DNA of 64,000 nt from Candidatus Daviesbacteria bacterium RIFCSPHIGHO2_12_FULL_37_16. GTDB lineage: Bacteria; Patescibacteriota; Microgenomatia; Daviesbacterales; UBA10151. Positions 1 to 8,268 of the stretch are shown piece by piece. Location of the stretch: assembly GCA_001776785.1 (NCBI GenBank), contig MFDF01000008.1:18443-82442 (forward strand). The letters are read 5' to 3'. Under the pieces are notes generated by a model, which was not told the DNA's origin, ran no database searches, and worked only from the letters and a program-made list of their open reading frames with translations. How positions within the stretch are numbered: the stretch's first letter is position 1; every line of letters begins with the position of its first letter. The position numbers and the translations under genes were made by a program.

Positions 1-58
1 AAATCCAGGCCACTCTCACCACATCCATTATTTTTAGGGTTTATACAAGCTGCATCAA

Positions 59-742
59 ATGTCTAAAGGAAAATTAATTGTTATTGAGGGGACTGATGGT
101 GCAGGAAAAGGTACACAACTAAAAATATTAGAAGATAAATTAAAATCCCTCAAAATTAAATTTAAGGTGATAGACTTCCCAAGATACACAAATAATTTAT
201 ATGGAGAGCTTGTAGGCAGATTTCTAAAAGGGGAGTTTGGTCCCCTGGATCAGGTTGATCCCTACATTGCATCACTTGCTTATGCTGGAGACAGAATGCT
301 GGCAGGCCATGAAATTAAAAATTGGTTAGCTGATGGGCAGGTAGTAATTGCAAATAGGTATGTTCTTTCAAACAAAGCATATATGGCAGCCAGGCTTCCT
401 GAAAATGAAAGAAAAAAATATATTAACTGGCTGGAGAAATTAGAATATGGTTTAAATAAAGTCCCCAGGGAAGACTTAGTGATTTTTTTATATGTCCCAT
501 CAGAAATTGGTCAGGAAAATGTATTAAAAAAAGAAAAAAGGTCACACCTTGGTGATAAGAAAAGGGACATCATGGAAGAAGATTTAAACTTCCAAAAAAA
601 AGTTGCTCAAATTTATTTAGAGTTTGCCATTAAAGCCTCTAACTGGGCATTAATTGAATGCACAAGCAATGGAAAAATGAGATCTAAGCAAGAAATCCAT
701 GAGGAAATTCTAAAAATTTTAGAATCCAGAAGAATTATTTAA
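59..742 (+). CDS. tmk: thymidylate kinase
   Basis: N-terminal P-loop IEGTDGAGKGTQ and DR(Y/M) motif typical of dTMP kinase; size 227 aa. Confidence 0.9.
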   Translation: MSKGKLIVIEGTDGAGKGTQLKILEDKLKSLKIKFKVIDFPRYTNNLYGELVGRFLKGEFGPLDQVDPYIASLAYAGDRMLAGHEIKNWLADGQVVIANRYVLSNKAYMAARLPENERKKYINWLEKLEYGLNKVPREDLVIFLYVPSEIGQENVLKKEKRSHLGDKKRDIMEEDLNFQKKVAQIYLEFAIKASNWALIECTSNGKMRSKQEIHEEILKILESRRII

Positions 743-1760
743 ATTTTTTTAAAGTATGTTCTAATTTTTTCTGAAAATTGTCTGAGGAAATTCTTGCATC
801 TATATCCAGAGTTTCTGGATCATAAGCATCAGTTACTGCAAAAAGCCAGGATTTAATATCAGTTTTTTGGGATAAATGTTTTTGGTCTTTATCAGAATTG
901 GCCCAGACATCATTTGCATATATAACTATTTTTTGCAGGGGTAGCCTCAACCTTTGGGAAGCAATCATTCCCCACTCTCTGTCATGGTTGATATCAAGCT
1001 GGGCTCCCCCATAAGCATCTATTGCCCTGTGCAGATGATAAGAAGTAAAGCCTGTGGGATTTCCCTTCTTATCAAAGTTAATATAAAGCTGGTAGTTTTG
1101 ATAAACAGGCACAGCCCCGGCTGAACCTGAATGGTCAATATTTTGATAAATAAATGATGGAATGATTGCCCTTCTTGAGGTTGGAGAGTATCTTAATTCT
1201 TCAACAATTGATAAAAGTGTATCCTCTCTTTGGCTTTTTAACTCCAGATCCAAAATTTCAGGATTTTTTAAATAAAAGTTTATTAATTTCTCACCCTTCC
1301 AGGATAAAACTGCTAGAATAATTTCTGGATGATAAAGCTTGTAAGTTTGTTTAATTAAATCTATTAAATCACTCTTTTTACTAAAGTTAACTCTTTTTAA
1401 TTTTAAGTACTGTAAAAGTGAAATTACCCCCTTTAAATAGCCCCACCCAGAGTCATAATATCTTGACCTCCAGGCATATTTATAAGCATAAATATCCTGT
1501 TTGTGCTTTAAATATTCAGGAGGTTTATTTGACTCTTTTTTTACAAAATTATCCTGATACCAGTCATCCTCTGATTTACTCCAGTATGGATAGCTTTTTC
1601 TGTCATCCTGAGGCTCTGTAATTATAAAAGTTGCAGCTTTAATAGATCTGGATAAACCTCTCTGGCTTTTATACTCAGACCCGTTCTTTTTAATAGAATC
1701 CCAGGCCTTTTTTAGAACTGCATCTGCAGATTTGCCCTCAAATAAAAAACCTGTATTCAT
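735..1760 (-). CDS. thymidylate-synthase-fold protein lacking the catalytic cysteine (ThyA-like paralogue, function unknown)
   Basis: Motif-by-motif similarity to ThyA: N-term GSEYKSQRGLSRSIKAATF ~ GTQKNDRTGTGTLSIFG; SRRAIIPSFIY ~ SRRIIVSAWNV; HRAIDAYGG ~ QRSCDVFLG; the protein contains no Cys at all (ThyA nucleophile position reads VPVYQNYQLY). Confidence 0.5.
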   Translation of the reverse strand: MNTGFLFEGKSADAVLKKAWDSIKKNGSEYKSQRGLSRSIKAATFIITEPQDDRKSYPYWSKSEDDWYQDNFVKKESNKPPEYLKHKQDIYAYKYAWRSRYYDSGWGYLKGVISLLQYLKLKRVNFSKKSDLIDLIKQTYKLYHPEIILAVLSWKGEKLINFYLKNPEILDLELKSQREDTLLSIVEELRYSPTSRRAIIPSFIYQNIDHSGSAGAVPVYQNYQLYINFDKKGNPTGFTSYHLHRAIDAYGGAQLDINHDREWGMIASQRLRLPLQKIVIYANDVWANSDKDQKHLSQKTDIKSWLFAVTDAYDPETLDIDARISSDNFQKKLEHTLKKFK

Positions 1761-1762
1761 AA

Positions 1763-2416
1763 TTAATTTTTTGGAATTTGGGGCAGGGCAAATTTTTGTT
1801 TTAACTGTTTAATGTTCCCTTTAGCAATTAACTTTTCTTCTTTTTTGCTCTTCTCAGAAAGCCTGCCCACCATAATATCTTTTTTATGCCACCTTGATTG
1901 AACCACTTTTACAGGAGCAGATAAAGGATAAAATACCAGCTGACAAAACCTTTCACCAGGATAAATTCTGACTACCTGGTTTGAAGTGTTATTAGTAATT
2001 GGGATCAAAAGCCTGCCTTCATAACCTGCATCCACAATTCCTGACAGGTCAACAGACAGGCCTTTCCTGTTTATTGAAGATCTTGGGTATAAAACTGCCA
2101 TCAAATCATCAGGTAAAGAGACTTCCTCTAAAGTTGAAGCAACTACTGATTCTTTTGGCAAAAGGTCAAAAAATTGTCCATGCTCAAGCTCTATTAGTTC
2201 AAACCTGTCCCTTTCATCTAAATAATCTACTAAAAATGCTTCCCTGCCTTTTTCAGTCAGCCCCCAGACTTTAGGGACCATAAAACTATAACCAAGTCTT
2301 AAATCAATTGAGTGGGACTGGATCTGAAATTGGTCTATCTGGGGAGAAAATTTAAGTTTGCCAGATTTTAAATATTGTAAAATCTGATCCTTTACTAAAA
2401 TACCTGTTGAAACCAT
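1763..2416 (-). CDS. dcd: dCTP deaminase (possibly bifunctional dCTP deaminase/dUTPase)
   Basis: PRSSINRKGL...IVDAGYEG matches the dCTP deaminase/dUTPase jelly-roll motifs (GRSSLARLGL...IDPGWSG). Confidence 0.8.
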   Translation of the reverse strand: MVSTGILVKDQILQYLKSGKLKFSPQIDQFQIQSHSIDLRLGYSFMVPKVWGLTEKGREAFLVDYLDERDRFELIELEHGQFFDLLPKESVVASTLEEVSLPDDLMAVLYPRSSINRKGLSVDLSGIVDAGYEGRLLIPITNNTSNQVVRIYPGERFCQLVFYPLSAPVKVVQSRWHKKDIMVGRLSEKSKKEEKLIAKGNIKQLKQKFALPQIPKN

Positions 2417-2434
2417 AGTTTTTGTTATACCTTA

Positions 2435-3271
2435 CTACAATACAATCTGCAATCCTTTTATAGCCTCCATAGCTTTATATTGTGAATTTATTTGATCCAC
2501 AATTTCTGAAACTAAACTTACATCTCCTTTTTCTGCCCTTTCAAACCAGTTTACTTCTGCCTCTAAATTTATTTTTTTGTGGGTATTTTTTCTTTTAATA
2601 ATCTCCTTAGCTGCTTCGTAGTGGACCCCATAAATATGGGCATTAGAAATAGAGTGGGTATATTTTCCAACCTTCACCCCTAGTCTTGCTGCTAAAATCC
2701 TCTGTAAAAGTCCAAATCCTGCAGCATCATGGGGACACCCTAAAATCATATCATTAGACCTGACAATTAAATGAAGATGTAATTTTCCTCTAATAATATT
2801 AACTGTAAAAGTGTAAGGGCAGGGGATGTTAGCTTTTTTAAAAGTTGCAGAAAGCCCATCATTTGCAGGGTCCCACATCATGACAACTCCATGCCTTGAA
2901 GAGGGTTCTTTCTCAAGCATTTTTATTAAAAGTGCAATCTGGTCCCTGCCAAAGTGGTGTCTCCACCTATACCCATAAGCTGTTGATACAACCCCATCCA
3001 CATTTGTAAAATCATCCCAGATTTTAGTGAACTGATCTAAAAACTCACTAGGCCTTCTGGAACCCATTAAAAACCAAATCTGTTCTGCCACAAAAATTTT
3101 AACTGGAATTTTTCTCAAAGTTAGGATTGGAAAACCATCCTCTGGTTCTATTTCGATAGTTTTCCCTGGTAAAATTTTTACCTTATGATTAGTCCTCTCG
3201 TTTATCTCTTCATAGCCTGAATTCATGATATCTTTTAGGATTTTTTGATACTGCAAATCAAATTGGGTCAT
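2435..3271 (-). CDS. thyA: thymidylate synthase (ThyA family)
   Basis: SRRHGVVMMWDP, catalytic Cys in IPCPYTFTVNI, RSNDMILGCPHDAAGFGLL, and Asn in HSISNAHIY align with ThyA R126/R127, C146, R166-D169, N177 regions. Confidence 0.8.
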   Translation of the reverse strand: MTQFDLQYQKILKDIMNSGYEEINERTNHKVKILPGKTIEIEPEDGFPILTLRKIPVKIFVAEQIWFLMGSRRPSEFLDQFTKIWDDFTNVDGVVSTAYGYRWRHHFGRDQIALLIKMLEKEPSSRHGVVMMWDPANDGLSATFKKANIPCPYTFTVNIIRGKLHLHLIVRSNDMILGCPHDAAGFGLLQRILAARLGVKVGKYTHSISNAHIYGVHYEAAKEIIKRKNTHKKINLEAEVNWFERAEKGDVSLVSEIVDQINSQYKAMEAIKGLQIVL

Positions 3272-3329
3272 ATAGTGGATTGACTAAAGTGTAAAAGCAT
3301 ACTAAAACAAAAGGTATAACATTTTCAAT

Positions 3330-3896
3330 ATGAGCAAAATTTCAATTATTGCAGCTATGAGTAAAAACAGGGTTATTGGGACAAAAAATAAACTTCCATG
3401 GAATATCCCTGATGAATTAAAAAGGTTTAGGCAAATTACAGAAGGTCATCCAATAATCATGGGCAGAAAAACCCATGAATCCATTGGTAGGGTTTTACCC
3501 AATAGGCTAAACATTATTATCACAAGGGATGAAAATTATATTCGCAAGAATAATCTTGCTCATTATCAAACAAGATATAAAGTTGATGGTGTAATAATTG
3601 TCCATTCTTTGGAAGAAGCCATAAAAACTGCTAAGAATATATATCCTTCGGCTGCGCCCGCCTTTGGCGTGGCTGCGCCTCAGGATGACAAAAGTGAAAT
3701 CTTCATTATTGGGGGCGGGGAGATTTACAGACAGGCTTTACCCTTGGCAGATAAACTATATTTAACAGTAATAGATAAGAAATATGAAGGTGACACCTTC
3801 TTTCCAGACTATTCTGAGTTTAAAAAGGTGATAAAAGAAGAAAAAAAACAAACTGATGGTGGAGTTTCCTATACTCTTTTTGAACTTGAAAAATGA
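3330..3896 (+). CDS. folA: dihydrofolate reductase with two in-frame insertions
   Basis: IIAAMSKNRVIGTKNKLPWNIPDELKRF and IIMGRKTHESIG are classic DHFR motifs; extra loops NYIRKNNLAHYQTRYK and YPSAAPAFGVAAPQDDKS relative to E. coli DHFR. Confidence 0.85.
   Translation: MSKISIIAAMSKNRVIGTKNKLPWNIPDELKRFRQITEGHPIIMGRKTHESIGRVLPNRLNIIITRDENYIRKNNLAHYQTRYKVDGVIIVHSLEEAIKTAKNIYPSAAPAFGVAAPQDDKSEIFIIGGGEIYRQALPLADKLYLTVIDKKYEGDTFFPDYSEFKKVIKEEKKQTDGGVSYTLFELEK
3535..3580. repeat. short repeat, copy A (in frame within folA); 31-nt core near-identical to 17382-17415
   Basis: attatattcgcaagaataatcttgCtcattatc (A) vs atttatattcgcaagaataatcttgTtcattatc (B), followed by aaacaagatataa / aaaaaagatataa. 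Confidence 0.6.
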
Positions 3897-4264
3897 TATC
3901 TTGACCACCCCATAATTTTTCTGATAAGTTATTCTTAACTTCATGGCAAGGGAAATGAACGGAATTAGCCAGGATATTCAAAAGATAGAAACTTTCACTG
4001 ACCAACTTTCAACAAATAAGCATTATTCAGAAAAAGGGGGACACCAAGCTAGAGGTTTCTGGTGGAGAGATATCAGAAGAATCTATGGAGGGTCTACAGA
4101 TGTAACACCAAAAGATTTTAGCTGGATGCAGCGGAGAAAAATGCCGCGTAACCCAAGCGATGGCAAACATTGACTTTTAAGCCTAATTCCTGCTAATATA
4201 CCCAAATCACACATCTAGTATTTTAATTTCCTAAATTCATGATACTAGAGAGGTTTAAGGAAAT

Positions 4265-5209
4265 ATGGCAATTTCAACACCTTCAATGCAGGAGTTATTA
4301 ACAGCAGGTGTCCACTTTGGACACAAGATCTCCCGTGGCCACCCTAAGATGAAGCAATTTATCTATGGTGCAAGAGAAGGAGTGCATATTATTGATTTAG
4401 CCATGGCAGATGAAAAGTTAAAAGAAGCAGCAGAGGAAGCTTATAAGTTAGGAAAAGCTGGAAAAGTTTTATTAATTGTAGGTACAAAAAAACAAGCCCA
4501 GCAAAAAATAGAAAGCTTGGCTAAAGAAGCAAACTCCTTTTATTTAAACAAAAGGTGGGTTGGAGGGCTTTTGACAAATTTTGAAGAAATCAGAAAAAAT
4601 ATTAAAAAATTAAATGACTTAAAAATCCAGCAGGAAAAAGGAGAACTTTCAAGGTATACAAAAAAAGAACAGCTTTTAATCTCCAGAAAATTAACTAAAT
4701 TCATCTCAGAACTTGGAGGGATTGCAGATATGGATAAAATCCCTGATGCAATGTTTATTGTAGATGCAGTTTCAGATAAAACTGCAGTTGTAGAAGCCAA
4801 AAAAACAGGAGTAGAAGTTTTAGGCCTTTGTGACACAAATGCAGACCCATATTTTTTTGACTTCCCGGTCCCTGCAAATGATGATGGAATTAAATCAATA
4901 AACCTCATTTGTGACACAGTTTTGGGAGCATATGTAAAAGGCAAAAAATCCTCCTCCGCTCAAGCTACGGAGGACAAGGAAGCTGGAATAAAAGAAGAGT
5001 CGAAGGAGTCGGAAGGGACTGAAGAGCCGAAGGTCAAGAAAACTGGGGAAAAAGCAGGGGAGAAAAAATCTGAAAAAATAGAAGAAAAAACAGAAAATCC
5101 TGAAGAACCGGCACCAGCAGTTGATGCAGCAGTAGCCCATGAGACAGCTGCCCTAGAAGAAGAAGTAGAAAAAGTAGTTTTAGAGGAAAGTGAGAGGAAA
5201 ATAGAATAA
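4265..5209 (+). CDS. rpsB: 30S ribosomal protein S2 with acidic C-terminal extension
   Basis: MQELLTAGVHFGHKISRGHPKMKQFIYGAREGVHIIDL is the S2 signature; the Glu/Lys-rich tail contains a GC-rich hairpin repeat. Confidence 0.95.
   Translation: MAISTPSMQELLTAGVHFGHKISRGHPKMKQFIYGAREGVHIIDLAMADEKLKEAAEEAYKLGKAGKVLLIVGTKKQAQQKIESLAKEANSFYLNKRWVGGLLTNFEEIRKNIKKLNDLKIQQEKGELSRYTKKEQLLISRKLTKFISELGGIADMDKIPDAMFIVDAVSDKTAVVEAKKTGVEVLGLCDTNADPYFFDFPVPANDDGIKSINLICDTVLGAYVKGKKSSSAQATEDKEAGIKEESKESEGTEEPKVKKTGEKAGEKKSEKIEEKTENPEEPAPAVDAAVAHETAALEEEVEKVVLEESERKIE
4953..4975. repeat. GC-rich hairpin motif cctccgctcaagctacggaggac (copy in rpsB); related copy at 8388-8411
   Basis: TCCTCCG...CGGAGGA stem; 20/23 identical to cctccgctaaagctacggcaggac in the proS leader. 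Confidence 0.5.
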
Positions 5210-5319
5210 ACAAATTTTCAATTTAAAATTCGAAATTTGAAATGAATTTGAAATGTTTAAAAATTAAATCATTTAAAGTTTAGATTTCAATAAAAATTAA
5301 AAATTTTCAATTTAAAATT

Positions 5320-5775
5320 ATGAGCATATCAGTAGATGACATTAAAAAACTAAGAGAAGAGACAGGTGCAGGGATCGCAGACTGTAGAGAGGCTTTAGAA
5401 GAAGCAAAAGGAGATTTAGAAAAAGCAAAACAAGTTTTAAAGAAAAAGGGTTTGGATAAAGCAGGATCTAAATCTGACAGGGAAGTTAGGGCTGGGATTG
5501 TTGATGTTTACTCTCATGGGGGCAGGGTTGGGGTTATGGTTGAACTTTTGTGTGAAACAGACTTTGTTGCCCGCACTGATGATTTTAAAAATTTAGCCCA
5601 TGAGCTTTCACTGCAGATTGCCTCTATGAGACCTGACAGTGTATCAGATCTTTTAGAGCAGGAATATGTTAGGGACCCTTCCCTAAAAATAGATGATTTA
5701 ATAAAAGCTGCAGTTTTAAAACTTGGGGAAAATATCCAGGTTGGCAGGTTTGAAAGAATTGAGTTAGGGAAATAA
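5320..5775 (+). CDS. tsf: elongation factor Ts (short form)
   Basis: N-terminal UBA-like KKLREETGAGIADCREALEEAKGDLEKA and EF-Ts core; 151 aa as in CPR/short EF-Ts. Confidence 0.9.
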   Translation: MSISVDDIKKLREETGAGIADCREALEEAKGDLEKAKQVLKKKGLDKAGSKSDREVRAGIVDVYSHGGRVGVMVELLCETDFVARTDDFKNLAHELSLQIASMRPDSVSDLLEQEYVRDPSLKIDDLIKAAVLKLGENIQVGRFERIELGK

Positions 5776-5778
5776 TAA

Positions 5779-5888
5779 CCAAGAAACAAGATACAAGTGA
5801 GCAAAGCTCCTGCTAACGCAGTAACAAACAATTTTTTAATACTAAATATTTCAATTTGTTTGTATCTTGGTTATTGTATCTTGTAAAC
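5779..5888. repeat. inverted-repeat hairpin element (ccaagaaacaagatacaag ... tttgtttgtatcttgg ttattgtatc) directly after the tsf stop; probable terminator/REP-like element
   Basis: ~17/19 bp complementary arms; same arms recur at 19179-19245 and the right arm at 26071-26100. Confidence 0.6.
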
Positions 5889-5900
5889 TTAATTTAAGCT

Positions 5901-6455
5901 ATGGAACCTTTTATAACTGAAGTAAACCAAAAAATCTCCCAGGCAATTGAGCATTTGAAAAGAGAACTTTCAGGAATCAGGGCTGGGCGCGCAAACCCAA
6001 CACTATTGGAAGATATTCAAGTTTTGGCATATGGTTCACAGATGAAACTTATGGAAGTTGGTACTATCACAGCGCCCCAACCCTCACTTTTAACAGTCCA
6101 GGTTTGGGACCCGGGTATTATTAAAGATGTTGAAAAAGCAATTATGGAGGCGAACTTAGGTTTAAATCCATCAACAGAGGGTACTACCCTCAGGGTTCCA
6201 ATCCCGCCCTTATCTGAAGAAAGAAGGGTAGAATTTGTTAAACTTTCCCACCAAAAAGGGGAACAGTTCAAAGTTGAGATTAGACAAATCAGACAGGAGG
6301 CAAGGAGTGATTGGGACAGGCAAAAAGAGTCAGGAGAGATAGGTGAGGATGAGCTATTTAGGAGACAAAATATGCTCCAGGACCTGGTTGACAAATCCAC
6401 CAACTCAATTGACATAATGATTAAGCAAAAAGAAGAAGAATTAATGGAAATTTAA
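5901..6455 (+). CDS. frr: ribosome recycling factor
   Basis: LSGIRAGRANPTLLEDIQVLAYG...LNPSTEGTTLRVPIPPLSEERR is the RRF signature. Confidence 0.95.
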   Translation: MEPFITEVNQKISQAIEHLKRELSGIRAGRANPTLLEDIQVLAYGSQMKLMEVGTITAPQPSLLTVQVWDPGIIKDVEKAIMEANLGLNPSTEGTTLRVPIPPLSEERRVEFVKLSHQKGEQFKVEIRQIRQEARSDWDRQKESGEIGEDELFRRQNMLQDLVDKSTNSIDIMIKQKEEELMEI

Positions 6456-7585
6456 TGTTTATTTTAGTTTTTATAATTACTATCCTTATTTTAGTTGTTA
6501 TTCATGAACTTGGGCACTTTTTTGCTGCGAAAAAATTTAACATAAAAGTTTTAGAATTTGGGTTTGGGCTTCCACCCAGGGCCTGGGGCAAAAAAATTGG
6601 TGAAACAATCTGGAGTCTTAACTGGCTTCCTTTTGGAGGTTTTGTCAGGCTTTTGGGTGAAGATGAGGTGGATAAAGAAGTTTTAGACAATACCCGCTCT
6701 TTTGCAGCCCAGCCTGTCACTAAAAGGATGCTGGTTGTAGTAGCTGGGGTTGTAATGAATTTAATATTGGCCTGGCTTTTATTTTATATAGTTTTGGGAG
6801 CTCAAAACTTTAAAGCACAAGTCCCGCTTTTGTCTGACCATAAATTTGCAGGAGTCTCCCAAACTAATGAAAAAATTATCTTAATTGGGGATGTAGTTCC
6901 AAATTCTCCAGCCTCTCAGGCAGGTTTAAGCTCAGGGGAGCGGGTAATTGCAGTTGACAGTGAAGAAGTTTTAGATGCAAACCAGTTTATAGAAATTACA
7001 AAGCAAAAAGCAGGACAACCTATGCAGCTAACTGTTTCTGATATTGCAAAATCAGATCAAAGGATTTTAGAAATTACCCCTAGGGAAAATCCACCATCTG
7101 GAGAAGGCCCACTGGGGGTTTCACTTGGGACTTTTGAGATTGCTAATTTAGAATATAAAGAGCCATTGCAGATTGCACTGTCAGGGCCAATCCATTCCTA
7201 TAATTTAATAACTTATTCCTGGGAGATTTTAGCAAAAACTGTTTCATACTCTTTTGCTCAAAAAGATATAACCCCTGTTTCCCAAAATGTGGCAGGCCCA
7301 ATAGGGATTACCAATATAGTTAAAGAAATTTTAAGTGTCAAAAACCCTCTTATTCCATACTTAGACTTTATGGCAGCACTATCTTTGAACCTGGCCATAA
7401 TAAACATTCTTCCATTCCCTGGACTTGATGGAGGCAGGTTTTTCTTCCTGTTACTTGAGGCTATAACCAGGAAAAAAGCTCACCCAACAATAGAAAAATA
7501 TGTCCACACCATTGGCCTGGCCATTTTACTGGGATTAATATTTTTAGTAACTCTCTCAGACATCAAAAAACTCATCCCCCAATAG
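6455..7585 (+). CDS. rseP: RIP metalloprotease RseP (site-2 protease, M50 family) with PDZ domain
   Basis: HELGHFFAAKKF zinc motif, polytopic TM profile, central PDZ-like region, C-terminal LDGG motif. Confidence 0.85.
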   Translation: MFILVFIITILILVVIHELGHFFAAKKFNIKVLEFGFGLPPRAWGKKIGETIWSLNWLPFGGFVRLLGEDEVDKEVLDNTRSFAAQPVTKRMLVVVAGVVMNLILAWLLFYIVLGAQNFKAQVPLLSDHKFAGVSQTNEKIILIGDVVPNSPASQAGLSSGERVIAVDSEEVLDANQFIEITKQKAGQPMQLTVSDIAKSDQRILEITPRENPPSGEGPLGVSLGTFEIANLEYKEPLQIALSGPIHSYNLITYSWEILAKTVSYSFAQKDITPVSQNVAGPIGITNIVKEILSVKNPLIPYLDFMAALSLNLAIINILPFPGLDGGRFFFLLLEAITRKKAHPTIEKYVHTIGLAILLGLIFLVTLSDIKKLIPQ

Positions 7586-7654
7586 CTTACTATTCACATC
7601 TGTTTATAAGCTTCCACAGACTTAGAGTCCATAGATACTCATTTCTTATACAGC

Positions 7655-7688
7655 GTTACAATCAATAGCTATCGCAACTCATTGTAAC
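7655..7688. repeat. hairpin element gttacaat-caatagctatcgcaactc-attgtaac immediately upstream of the PaaX-like gene
   Basis: 8-bp perfect outer stem; loop aatagctatcgc shared with copies at 8253-8290 and 41146-41181. Confidence 0.55.
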
Positions 7689-7698
7689 AATAGTTGAA

Positions 7699-8268
7699 GT
7701 GGAGTATTCTGGTTCTATGGATAAGGTAACAACAAAAGATGTGCTTAAAGTTATTGCAGTAAGCGGAGTAGTCATAGGAAGTTTTGTAATTCCAGCATTG
7801 CCCATAGCTGCAGCATCTGCATTTAAGATATGGAAAAACTTTAACAGAAGGGATGTAGGCAGAATCCTAAAAAGACTTGAAAAACAACAAATGATTTCAG
7901 TCAAAGAAAATAATGGAAAAATATATATAGAAATTGCTGAAAAGGGTAAAAGAAGATTGTTAGAGTATGATTTTGAAAATATTGAGCTTAAATCTAAGAA
8001 AAGAGATGGAAAATGGAGATTAATAATTTTTGATATTCCAGAATATAAAAAAAGTGCAAGGGAAGTTTTCAGAAGAAAACTTAAACAGTTAGATATAATT
8101 CAACTCCAAAAAAGTGTATTTGCATCAGCTTTTTCCTGTAAAAATGAAATAGATTTCTTGTGTAACTTCTTAGAAATTTCAGATTATGTAACTTTGGTAT
8201 CTTTAAATAAAATAGAAAGAGGAGAACAACTTATCTTCAAAAAATATCATGATTGGGACAACGAATAG
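7699..8268 (+). CDS. membrane-anchored PaaX-like regulator family protein (winged helix + Cas2-like C-terminal domain)
   Basis: TM segment VIAVSGVVIGSFVIPALPIAAASAF; wing ILKRLEKQQMISVKENNGKIYIEIAEKGKRRL; C-terminal DGKWRLIIFDIPEYKKSAREVFRRKLKQLDIIQLQKSVF matches the PaaX_C / Cas2-like WhLvxfxIPE..R..R..LR..L...GF..LQ.SVW pattern; no CRISPR array nearby. Confidence 0.5.
   Translation: MEYSGSMDKVTTKDVLKVIAVSGVVIGSFVIPALPIAAASAFKIWKNFNRRDVGRILKRLEKQQMISVKENNGKIYIEIAEKGKRRLLEYDFENIELKSKKRDGKWRLIIFDIPEYKKSAREVFRRKLKQLDIIQLQKSVFASAFSCKNEIDFLCNFLEISDYVTLVSLNKIERGEQLIFKKYHDWDNE

Noticed and set aside
3943-4173. 76-aa ORF between folA and rpsB as a protein-coding gene
   Set aside because: No RBS, atypical W/R-rich composition, lies in a likely leader/non-coding tract; kept only as a possible RNA region.
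4540-5140. Antisense ORFs within rpsB (4540-4944, 4895-5140 minus strand)
   Set aside because: They lie entirely inside a confidently identified ribosomal protein gene and have low-complexity translations. Other nested antisense ORFs (6017-6415, 9151-9411, 9609-9965, 11453-11890, 15098-15437, 23800-24105, 27108-27425, 42679-43137, 43477-43875, 53861-54398) are treated the same way.
5210-5320. AT-rich reiterations (ttcaatttaaaatt, gaaatttgaaatg) after rpsB as a CRISPR or tandem-repeat array
   Set aside because: Irregular spacing and very low complexity in an AT-rich spacer; no constant repeat/spacer periodicity.
7699-8268. Cas2-like domain as evidence for a CRISPR-Cas locus
   Set aside because: No repeat-spacer array and no other cas genes anywhere in the window; the domain architecture (TM + wHTH + Cas2-like) fits PaaX-like regulators instead.
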